This document shows, in pieces, positions 10,055-21,355 of a stretch of 64,000 nucleotides of DNA (position 1 is the stretch's first letter; every line of letters starts with the position of its first letter). Source of the DNA: Penicillus capitatus. Lineage: Eukaryota; Plantae; Chlorophyta. The position numbers were made by a program, and so were the translations under genes. The stretch is from NCBI GenBank assembly GCA_965649825.1, contig OZ287718.1, positions 1 through 64,000 of the forward strand, given 5' to 3'. The notes beneath the pieces were generated by a model. It had not been told where the DNA came from, did not search any database, and worked only from the letters and a program-made list of their open reading frames with translations.

Positions 10055-11236
10055 ATGGATATCGAGGCTCTTATAGAATCGCTCGCCGCCAATCTTCGCG
10101 CCGTCGTCCAATACCGTGAGGATGAGAACAAAGGACTGAAAGACGAGCTGGTCGATCTCAAACGCGAAAACGCGCAGCTCAAGAAACAAGTCGCAGAGCT
10201 GAAGAAGACACGCCAGCAGTTGCCGTCTCAACAACGACACGGACCACCAGCACAGCAGGCACTGAATTTATCGTCCCTCTCAAATCGTTTGGGAAAAGTG
10301 CGATCCCTTTTCGAGAATTTGTCTAAGGCTTGGTGACGTACACAGCTCGAGAGCCATTTTGAATTCGATGACGGGGCAACGCCATTGCTGCAGTACTGTC
10401 TGCTGAATCGTGCCGATGACTGCGCACGAGTCCGCTGCCTTTTCACAGTCGTCCTCGTTACTCATATGGCGTTTTTTGGGTGCAGAAGATGATCGAGGCT
10501 GGAACGGAGGTCAACGCACGATCCGCCAAGTTTGCAACAGCATTACACATTACGGCTTTACGCAACCTCAAGTCGCTCAGTCTGGTAGACCGTGTACATT
10601 GCTCAAGAGCGGTGATGTATTTTTCTTGGCGTGTTTCTTCAGCTCTTGATCGAGAAGGGCGTCGATGTGAATCCTTCTGACAGCAAGGGACAGAAACCTC
10701 TTCACTATGCCGCGCAGCGAAACAGCATCGGAGCAGCCAAGGTCTTCACTCTATAGCGCTTTGATGTCTTCAGATATGAATGCCGCTTTCTTTGTTGCAG
10801 GCATTGATTGAGGCTGATGCTTGGATCGATGCCAGGGACAAAGATCGGAACACACCGCTCCACATCGCCTGTCAGTATGGATCCTACGAAGTGGCCAGAG
10901 TGATCTTCAATATACGACAGAGAGAGATGTCACATCACTTTGTGTGTTGTCCAGTTTTTGGTAGAGGAAGGCTGCGATCTAAATGCCGTGAATGTACGAG
11001 ATCAAGATCCATATGAGTGTTTCCTTGAAAGCACAGAAGAGAAATGCAGAACGCGATACAACATTGAAACGCTCATGCGAAATCTCTTTGACTCTGAACA
11101 TGGCTCTAACATTCCTGACCCTGAAGATTCTGATTACTCTTCGAATGACGATGCCTATGGACAGAACGTATACTACGAGGATTCTGGGTACTCTGAGGTC
11201 TATGAGGAATATGTGAACGACTATGTTTTCTATTGA
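10055..11236 (+). CDS. Ankyrin-repeat protein with N-terminal coiled coil and acidic Tyr-rich tail
   Basis: Exons 10055-10297, 10346-10429, 10486-10584, 10643-10741, 10801-10899 and 10955-11236, all joined by phase-0 introns. Ankyrin motifs GATPLL, TALHITA, GQKPLHYAA, RNTPLHIACQYG. Confidence 0.9.
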
Positions 11237-12024
11237 CAATTCTATGCTCCACACGCATTCACCTTCTGAGATATTGCAAAAGGCAATGAAGCAGTGGGTT
11301 GTTTTGAGGAACTTCGAGTGATCTGGATGTGGCATCATTATCTGTAAGAGATCGGCAGAAAAAGTTTCGTTAGATGCCTCAGATCAAGTGTAGTAGATAG
11401 TTGTATCATCGCAGAGCTCAAGAGAGAGAAACTCATCCTCGTGCATCTCTTCCCCATTCGTCATCAGTCTTTCGCCTTTATCTATATGATCATGTGCCAG
11501 ACAAGGCATCGAAGGTGCAATCAAAGGTCATCACGCGAGGCATAAGATGCAAGTTTTTAACACGTGTCAGGTCCGTATGATGCCTCTCTTTGTTCGAGAC
11601 TCAGCTGATCATCACACTTCCCATGCAGTTATGATCCGATAAGAGGGCAATGTCACACATTTTGTGCGTATGAACGTCAGGAACAGCACGAAATGTCTAG
11701 GTAAAGTTGAACATATTAATAAACAGTGGGTGGATGTGAGGGAAGTCAAACAAATCAGAAGTCCAGGCGTACACACAGATAGACAGATAACAAGAAGGTT
11801 GTCAGTCACATAAAGGCAGAATTTTTGACAAGTCACATGAAAGACACACACACAAAGAAGAGTGGTAATGGGCACATGTCCAGATCTGGACATCTTATTA
11901 TGGTAGAGGATATTATTGGACTAGGCGCGGAGGCGACTACGGAGTGTATTCGAATCTCGGCGCCTGGCATGAACTGTCAGAGCTTCTGGAGCAAACCAGC
12001 ACGTCGAGATATCATGCACGCGAC

Positions 12025-14235
12025 TCATATTTGCAAACTCCTAGATGAGATAGATTCCTTTAGAGAAAGTGAGAAAAGAGTGAGATCATGACCTGTGTAC
12101 ACAGCATACTGTCTGTCAGGAGTTCCTTGCCTCGTCGTCCAAGCTTCGTGGCCCATCGGAAGAAGTAGATACCTTGTGGGAGTGGCTTTTGGGTCGATTT
12201 CCTTCGGCAGCCGGATTGCGGCAGAGGAGCATGTGTCGGCAAATGGCATCGAGGCCGTTGTGGCGAACCATTCGCGTCGAAAGAGTGATGCTCGCCTGTA
12301 TCTAATTCCGAATCTTGCTGTCGGCTCTCTCTTCGATATTTCTCATTGTCTTCCTCATCAGAGAAGAAGTCGGCAGGCTCCTCGAATGGATCACAGAGAT
12401 CCTCATCCGAATACTCGAGCGGTTCCAGACTGGGCTCTGCAAGCAGTCGACTGCCACTGCCCATGGTGGACAGTCGTGAATCCCCTCCATAGGAACGATG
12501 GTCATTGGCAGGCGCATCGTAAACGGCGGAAGAGCGACTATAGTCACTCCTTTCGCTGCCGGCATCTTCATTGTACACAACCGTTCCTTCTTCATTTCGA
12601 CAGGCTCGGTGAAAAGCACTGGATCCTGCTTCGATGACATCGGTGCCTTCTTCATCGTCCGATTCAGAGGAGGGATCCTGTCCATCGCTTTGGGCTGCAC
12701 GCTGCATCTCTTCCAATACAGAGGTATAGGCGTCGTGCATGAAGGCACCCTGGCGCTGAACGAAAATCTTGACAACTTCGACAACGATCATATTGAATGA
12801 ACGCAGAGACGTCACATCATGTGCCTCGCTCAAGATATCGTCTATGTACGTTGATTGATCATCCAAACCTGGACTATCTATAAACAGCAGAAGAGGCAGG
12901 GTATCAGTCTGATGCGATGCGGATCGGGTGGGTGGAAGGATACGTGCGACAGGGGCATGTCGTCGGAAGGGTGAGGGTTCTCCCAGAAGTGATGTCCAAA
13001 AATCACCCTGTCTTTTGATCTTCTGCTCGATTTCTGTATTGATCGCGGACAGCACTTCATTCATACCTCTATACGTTATCAGCTGGTCACTCCTAATCGG
13101 GGATACATGCTTAGACACAACATCGGCTACCTACAAACAGCCATCCGTCACATCACACATGACAGAACAGCCTCACACTCAAGACATCCGCTTACCGTTC
13201 CATAGAGTCGATGCGAAACAGTATCTTGAATCGATGTCTTGAAGATATGCAGTAACCTTCTTTGGTAGATATCGCTAAAGAGTGGAGGGCACGGCTCGTT
13301 CATGTGTTGATTTCTACGGGCAACGTGTATACTCTCAGCTGCTTTGCTCAGGTAAATCAAACGGCCTGTCCACGCCACCCCTCTCGTGAGCATGATGGGC
13401 AGGTATAGAGCATACCGAAAATGCAGAACACTAGGCGACAGAGGATGAATGTCGTTGGCAATGACCAGATTGCCGCGACAAATCGTGTAAATGCCGCCAC
13501 CTTCACCTTTTCTGTCTGTGCCTCCTGGACTGGACCTTGCGGACACAACTGTCTCCACAGCTCATCCAACTGATCCGCCTAGATGAACAATCACACTCTC
13601 TTGTGATGTATGGATCGAAGAAAGAAGAAAAATGGGTTTCACGTCAAAGAGCTTGGCCGAGATGGTTTCGAGCATTTCTGAATGGAATTCGTCGGCGCAT
13701 TCAACCGTGGTTTCAAAATGATGCTTAACACGGTCCGCTTCACTAAAAAGTGTGAGATGAGATCAACGAAGTGTGCGTGCGTTAAGTGTGATGATATTCT
13801 CACGCTTTTTCTTCTTGTTCTTGGTGAGAATCTGCAGATGGATCTGTCAACCTCAGGGAGGAGAGATAATCGACCCACGACGTCGGCAAAAAAGAACAGG
13901 ATTGGGGAATGAGCCATGTTCGCCACGTCGCGGCATCTGCGGTGCCATAGGCGTACATACTAACGCACGAACGCACACCGTTTAGCGTTTAGAGGAAGCG
14001 TCGTCACGGCATCTTACCGGAACGCGAGATAACCTGCCGCGCCAATACCGGATAACAGCGCAACCTTTCTAAAAGGCCTAAAACAGGATGCACGAGTTCG
14101 TATGTGCGTCGTCGCGTCGCGGCAAGGGCGTCGGATCGTCGCTGCGTTATGGACGTCGATTATCTCTGCGTTTTCGGTCGACACGTATGATGCATGGACT
14201 TACGGTAGCCTATCCAGAATGTCGCTCGTTTTCAT
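12025..14235 (-). CDS. PEX3: Peroxin-3-like peroxisomal biogenesis factor with a long acidic insertion
   Basis: Spliced N-terminus MKTSDILDRLPPFRKVALLSGIGAAGYLAFR (basic residues then TM). Then EKAEADRVKHHFETTVE, DELWRQL...VKVAAFTRFVAAIWSLPTTFILCRLVFCIFG and LSEAHDVTSLRSFNMIVVEVVK, matching Pex3 family motifs. The 3' end is approximate. Confidence 0.72.
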
Positions 14236-15159
14236 GCTCTCCCGCTGACGCCGACGAACGTTCTAGAAGTAAAAGGTCTTGTCCGTCAAAGACGATCTTT
14301 CTCTGTCGTTCAACGCTGACTCGACGGATGATAATGATGCAAAGAAAGAACACAGTACGCGGATCGTGAAGGTGGATGGAATAATACACTTCCATGTGTC
14401 ATGTTCGTGAGCCGGACGAACGAACGAACGAACGAGTCACATCATACAGGAACAGCGAGGCTGGGATGTGTGGTGCTGTTCTGTGGCCTTCGTGTTGAAA
14501 CATGGGTTGATGCTTCTGAAATGAACTCATCATCATTCTCAGATCCAAAATGTCCCATCAGTCACTCGCCTCGTCACAATAAACCAGCGTCTGTTTTTGA
14601 ATAGAGGGGGGAGGGACACATCGCTATTTCATTATCAAATACAAGATGTTGGGAGGAAATTGTTTTGCTGTCAGTTGTCATTGCTGCTGATTCTGTCGTC
14701 CTCGAAGCATAAAAAGAATACAGCATGTTAAGCAATCGGATCCGCCATCGCGTTTATTTTGTATATTCGTCACCATCGAGGCGGTAAAGAGTAATCGTCC
14801 TCAAGTGTCATGTCTGCACGGGCAGAGGCAGGCAGGCAAACGTGGTGGACCCAGACGCCCTTTCTCTCTCATCACTCCCAAATCTCTCGGATCGTCGTCA
14901 TCATCGTCCGTCCATCATCCATTCCTTTATTGTTGCATCGATAAGATAGGAGGCAGTTCAGCAGGCAACTCATAATACGAGGAAGGCAGCTGTGGCTCAT
15001 TTACGTGAAAGGGAAAAGGAACAATAGCAACACATGCCATGTACAAAGAAGGAAATCCATGAAACAATGGAGATTATTTCTCTGGCCTAGACACGGTGTG
15101 CCTGCCACAGCATTGGCATGCTTCACAGCCCTGACTCAACAAACCATTCTTATACATGA

Positions 15160-15250
15160 CCATCCATCCATCTACCCATCTATCCATTCAGCAGCCATCC
15201 ATCCATCCATCTACCCATCTATCCATTCAGCAGCCATCCATCCATCCATC
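15160..15250. repeat. 39-bp tandem repeat built on CATC/CCAT units (about 2.3 copies), intergenic
   Basis: CCATCCATCCATCTACCCATCTATCCATTCAGCAGCCAT at 15160-15198 and 15199-15237. Confidence 0.9.
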
Positions 15251-15925
15251 AGCGCATCCGCAAAAGAACATATCAAAAAGAGAGAGCTCGTGTATAGCGT
15301 ATTCCTTTGCTTTTGTCGTGTTTAGCTTTTTGCATGCCCATTTCGATCATCGTCATCATGAACAGATTCCTCATAATAGCTGTGGCATATTTATCGTACG
15401 GATGCTAGTCCCTTCGTCACCGAGGTCGTGGTGGTGGTGTTTCCCCTGACTCGTTGCCATAGAGTTCTGAGTCATGTACACAGATTTGAACAACGTAGAG
15501 AGTTGTTGTTGCTTGGAGGCGACATACAGGATGAAATCCAGAAAAGAGTGCCAACAACAAGAAAAAACCGAATCTCAGTATCCCATCCCAGCTTCAAAGC
15601 TAAAAGAATAAAGCAATATCCCTCGACATGTTCACCGCGCCTCTACACAGTACGCCACCCCTCTCTCACCCATAATGCATAGTTCCAGGATTCTATCCTT
15701 TATCATTGGCATATTGTCAATAGATAGAAGATGAGAATATAGATAGATAAATAGATAGATAAGATAAGATAACTTCAGAGAAAGAGATCCTATGTAATCT
15801 TTTAGGGTGGGCAGGGAAGGGGTAGGGGTAGGGGTGCACGAGAAGGATGATGTTATCTGTTCGAAGCCACAGATGCGCCGGACGGGGTCGAACAAGAAGG
15901 AATTTTGGTTTTCGAATAGGCATTA

Positions 15926-17852
15926 TTAGACGCCTGGATGGCATCCAGATACGCCTGCCATTGAGGAAAGGACACCGTGCGTTTTTTGCTGCGTCGTGCT
16001 GGAATCTGTGAGGCTTCTTGCTGCTGCTGCCGCTGCTCTTGTTCCTTGTCCGTTGACTGATTCGACTACAACACACCACACCACAGATGCAAGACATGTC
16101 CATGAGCACAAATGCTGTTGACCACTGCCACTCTTGGAGGCTTTGGAATGTGAGATTCGGTATGGGCCGCCGCCGCCGCCGCCGTGTCGGATGTTTCAGC
16201 CTCTTGAATGGTCCGGGCTTGGGAGGATTGCTGCTGCGAATGCTCGGGTTCTGGTTGTTGCTGTTCTGGTTGTTGCCGTTGAGTTTCTGCACTTTGTTTT
16301 TCGTTTGCGGATGGGAACATACCGCGCAATGAAAAGCACCCAGTATCACTCAGATCCGCCGTTGTGACGTCCGTTGTTGTGACCGTGTCCCCTTCACTGA
16401 AGAGCACATCTCCAGATGAGGTGGCCGTGGTCGCCGTATGATGGGTCATGGCAGGTATTCCCTTATTCGCAGCAGGTGATGGTCCGCCCAGCATCGCCTT
16501 CAACATGGCAGTGATCTCTTTAAAGGTAGGGCGTTGCTCGCGATGTGGATGCCAACATCGCCGAATTAATTCTGCATACATTGGAGGACAGTATTTAGGT
16601 ATTTTTGGTCGATGCCCTTCCACAATGGACACCATCGTTTCACCAGAACTGAGACCTACAGCAGTGGAGTGAGGGAGAGATGGCCAAGGAAAGGGAAATG
16701 ACCTAAGAAGGGCAACTCGCCAGCCACAAGCTCCCACAACAGCATCCCAAATGAAAAGACATCCACAGCTGGAGTCAAGATGCCGTCTTTGAGAACTTCT
16801 GGAGGCATGTGGCTCACGGTCCCAGCCGTGAAAGTGCTGATGTGTGTCTTTATGTGTGTTAAGGGTCGACTCATGCCAAAATCCCCAACCTGACACACAC
16901 CACACCACTCCTTTCCAAGATGTCAGGCAGAACAGGCGGCGGATGACCTTGCAGACGAAATTCTTCGCAAGGATCTGTGAAGAGGACAGCATCACGTTCT
17001 GCGATTTAAGATCACCGTGAATAATTCCGTAGGAATGCAGGTGCTCAAGAGCATCGGACACTTCCAATGCTGCAAAGAGAAGGTGAAGAATTCTCGGCCG
17101 TTGCCGATCCGTATCTTCAAAGAACTCTCCTTTCTTGATGGCATCACGTAAAGAGCCTTTGTTACAATACTCCATCACAATCCAGATCTCTTCTGGTCCG
17201 TCACTCAAATCCTGAGCCATATCGCTGAAGAGACTGGAAGAAGTGCGTCGTACGCCTGGAGACGGCGATTCGTAGGTACTCATATCCTCCTCAACAACAT
17301 CGGTACATCCTTCGAGGGCCGAATCGCTGCCGACGTAGACACCCAATACTTTGACGAGATTAGGGTGACGAATCCTCTGACCCATGTAGAGCTCGAGAGG
17401 CTCCGTTCCAATCTTGATCAGATCTTCTTGCTGTCTCAGAATCTTGATAGCGACGTCTTGGGAAGCCATTCGGCCGCGATAGACCGTCCCTATAGAAAGA
17501 GAGATCTGCCACCTTGCCCTATTTATTCCTTTGAACAAGTCCTACCCGATGCGCCTTTTCCCAACGTGTTGCCAAAAGTGACTTCATGAGGATTCACTGT
17601 TATGGGCGATGCGTTGTCCTCCATGTCCAGCCCATGCTTTATGACATGCCTGTGGCCTCTGCTGGGATGCGGCGTCCACTGCATTTCCACATCGTCAGGT
17701 CGTGGCAGATCCGAACAACAGGACGATGCATAATCAATTCGTTCCGAGTAAAGCTGTTCAAAGTTCTCCAGGTGTTTGTTTTTTCGGCCAGGACTTCGGT
17801 GTCGCCGAAAACCAAATTTCTTTCCGAGACCTCCAATGCCACATCCAAACAT
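15926..17852 (-). CDS. Tyrosine-kinase-like (MAP3K/Raf-like) Ser/Thr protein kinase with low-complexity C-terminus
   Basis: LGKGASG, VAIK, HPNLV, IIHGDLKSQNVML, VGDFGMSR, GTVSHMPPE, DVFSFGMLLWEL and CWHPHREQRPTF occur across spliced exons. The 3' end is approximate. Confidence 0.92.
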
Positions 17853-18083
17853 GACGAGCGGTGTTTTCAGTCTTGGTCGTTGTTGTCACAGTCGTGAGGG
17901 ATGATGAAGAATAAGAAGTGTGAAACACGAATGGGTTGGGTAAGCTGAAAAAGCGCGTGTGTTCAGCGCAGGCCGTGCGGCAATGAAACAGAGAGAGCGG
18001 GACGACCTGAAAATTGTGTTAAAAGACAGACGGAAAAGTCTTCAATTCTACTTCACAGGTCGACCAACCACTGCGCTTCATCC

Positions 18084-19414
18084 TCAACCGCCGCCACCGA
18101 CGGCTGTGATGTGACAGCTGTTGCCGATTTCGAGATCGATTAAGTCGGCCAGACGACTGCGGAGAGCATCGAGTGAGGCGACATCGTTTACGTCGTGCGT
18201 CCAGTGACGACGGTCGTACCTAGAAAGAGTGAGAAGATATCGAAAGTGTGAGAATGGTGGACCAGGAGCGGGGTAGGCCGACGGATTGCCGCGCTACGTG
18301 ATCGAAACGACCGGATGCTAAATCCGGACACAGCTGTTCGACCCAACCACGGAACACGGGACCCGGTTCTTCGTTCAGGAGATGGAGAATCTCGAGGAAA
18401 TGCGCGACGCCGACAGCGACGTGGGCGCGTTCTTCTGAGGCGATGCGCTGAACGAGCTGCGCCGAAGATCGGTCGCCGAGTGAAACGAGACGGTCGACAA
18501 GTCGTGGCCCGGCGTCCAATCCTCGCGCTTCTTGAGACATCGGGACCAAAGCGAGACGTGCTGTAAGGTCATGCCGCGACACCTGTGCTGTGCGCCATAG
18601 AAGATCGTGTCCAGGCATGTCGCCATAGTCGTGGCCCAATGCACGCAATCTCTGCACGCACCTATCACGCCGACGACCGTCAGACAGACGCGCGTACCGT
18701 CGAAGCGGGACGCACCAGGAGAAATGCCGACTCTCGTCGTCGGCGACGTGAGCAAAGTCGCCAAAAAACGCCTCCGGCAGTTTGAGATGCGAAAATCGGA
18801 CCTACAAGGCAGCGATTGAACGGCAGGGGATCGAGGGAGCCGTGTGTGCGCACGAGGGTATCCCAAGCTAGATCGACAGCATTGAGTTCGATGTGTGCGA
18901 GGTTGTGTAGTAGGAAGACGGTTTTGGGCAAAGGCGTCGTGGCCAGTGTCGGCATATCTTTCGGTTTGGCCAGAGGAGGACGCGGAAGACGTGCCGGCAT
19001 CTCGGGCGCCGTCGCTCCATTCCCACGTGACACTCTTCCTTGTCTACATCGTGTGCATGACGAGGGCGAGTCGTCAGGAAGCGTGCCGTACCGCAGGGCA
19101 CGATAGGCAGCATGGGTAATGCGTGCCTTTTCCAACGGATCGGCCGTTTTCAGAACAAGAGCGCCGCAGGACTCGAGACTTTGAGGAAGATCCAATGGAT
19201 CGGCGGGATCGTTGCCATCTGCGAGGGACACAGCGACGCCGTCGACCCACGAGCGACGGGTGTCGACGTCAAGGACTCTCCATTTTTCGAGCTCTGCCCA
19301 CGGCCGTGCTTCAGACGACGAAGCCATGGCCCGAACGCTCCAACGCAGTATCCTCGAACGCGAGAGGCCAAGAGAAGGCGAAACTGCCAGAGACTTGGTA
19401 ATAAACAGTGCCAT
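18084..19414 (-). CDS. DUF455 ferritin-like family protein, probably organelle-targeted
   Basis: LLHNLAHIELNAVDLAWDT, YGDMPGHDLLW, ARLALVPMSQEARGLDAGPRL, RIASEERAHVAVG and RQSVGLPRSWY. Ser/Arg-rich N-terminus. Last exon ends TGA at 18084. Confidence 0.88.
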
Positions 19415-19424
19415 TGTCTATGCG

Positions 19425-21274
19425 TCAGTAACTATTTGTTTTCCCGCTGCTTTCGTTCCGACCATAAGCAAACCACCGTACAGGCAATGTACTGTAGACG
19501 TGTGTCAGCAGGACAGTGAGAATCAAAACGCATCCAACTGTCACAGCCAGTTTTCCAAAAAGTCCAGAGATAAAGAGACAGGAAGCCAGCCATGGACACA
19601 AGAGCATGAGAGCCACACTCAATCCACACGACTTGCATGTGACTCTCCACGGATTGGACCACGAGGCGAACTAGAGTCAAAACGATTACCGTCCTTTTCG
19701 ATCGATGTATATGACGGCGCACTTTGAAGGTGGGAAGACTCGAAGATCCTACGATCTTCCCCGTATCGTGGCAGTACTTAAGGTAGAGACTGAAGAGAGT
19801 TCCGTGGAGAAAGAAGATCCATTCAAAAGTGAGAAGCCATCCCCAGAAGGGCGGGATTTCGTTGGGGACAGATATTAAGACCAGCCAGAGGGGCAAGAGG
19901 AGTGTGATGTAGCCAATGAAGATGGAATTTCCGACAAATCTCTTCGGCAGTCCCGTCTTTGACATGAGGGAATGGGTCATGGCGGCAGAAGAGGTCGATG
20001 GGATCGCCTCAGATTTGCCGTTCCTTGGAGAGGGTGATCCATCCAGATAGACACACTTGTAGTAGAGACAGGCCAGAAATGCAAAGGGTAACCAGGAGAG
20101 GACACGAATGCAGAAGAGCTGCGGCGTGGTGAGACCGCCTTCGATTCCCTGAGCATCTGCTGGAAGATGTGCACGAAATGTCTAAGACCTCACACAAATC
20201 TCACACATTTGCATTCTCTTAAGTACTGGAGAGACTTTCCAGGATTGCATGTCTGCGATGACCCACGATGTCCACCAGTTCCATGGTTTGAAGGGTCCCA
20301 ATGTATAATGCACGATGCTGATGTTCTCCCTTGGGATCATCCATCGATTCGAGTTGAGAATGTACAGGCCGATGTCTGCATTGTATGCTGTCGGCAACCG
20401 CATCATCTACGTCACACATTCCTATTAGACACGCACATCATTGCCTCTCCACGGCAAACCGCTGTGTCTTTGGGCACCTCCTTTCCCGCTTCGAACAGCG
20501 GCGCGTTCACAAAATTCTCCAGATAAACATTCAAAAATCCTTGATCTCCTCTGGAGGGCATCGCCGTTAATGTGTGAGAATGTGTGAACGAGTGATGACC
20601 CTGTATAACTGGGATAGGTATCGATCTTGGAGATCATATCTGAGTAGAGCGAGGTGGATGGTGTTACCACCATGACGCCAGAGTTGAGACGCTCTGAATG
20701 ACGCAGCGCCGCACAGAATCCTGGACAAGTGAACAGGACGTCCACATTCTTCAATGCGATTGTGTCTGCATCCATGTAAACCACTATCACACATATCTCA
20801 CACATAACAGCCGATAGTGTGACCATGAAATGACCTTTCTTGTATTCTGTTAGATTGAAGATGCCGAGTTTGGTGTAGACGGCAGAAAAACGTTTGGGAA
20901 ATGTTTTGCCGGGATTGGCAATCGTGTCGAGCGTTTTGACAATCCATCCATCCTTGCGCAACGTGTCTTTGCTCTTTCTCGATAGCTTCCCCGTCACGAT
21001 CACCACCAAATCACTAAAGCTCACAACGGAGTGCCCTTCTTCTGCCTGGACTCAGATATGCGCACTATTGTGTCTTCGTCTCTCGAATGGACTGTCCCAA
21101 GACGCGGACCCCAAGGAGAAAGTCATCGCCGTAAAGCAGCGTCGCATAGGCTCCTTCTTTCTGAGCAACAGGAGGACTCGCAGCCGCACCGACTCGGATA
21201 TTCGGAACGACAAGAGCACAGAGAAGATAGGCAAGACGCCACATGTGGATGGTCATGATCATGGACGTCATCAT
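19425..21274 (-). CDS. IPUT1: Inositol phosphorylceramide glucuronosyltransferase (GT8, PGSIP6-like)
   Basis: AYATLLYGDDFLLGVRVLGQSIRET, FSAVYTKLGIFNLTEYKK, YMDADT, HSERLNSGVMVV, SYTG, HYTLGPFKPWNWW, and C-terminal TM helices. Start is either 21274 or 21244. Confidence 0.92.
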
Positions 21275-21355
21275 CACCAACGTTCTGTTGATTCGTTTGG
21301 CTCTCAGAGTCGTACGTGTGTGTACGTGTGTTCGTGTGAGCAAGCGAGCATCAAG

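Noticed and set aside
11876-11893. 18-bp perfect palindrome ATGTCCAGATCTGGACAT
   Set aside because: Isolated, with no flanking structure or second copy; cannot be assigned a function.
14416-14435. (ACGA)n microsatellite upstream of PEX3
   Set aside because: Short simple repeat with nothing unusual.
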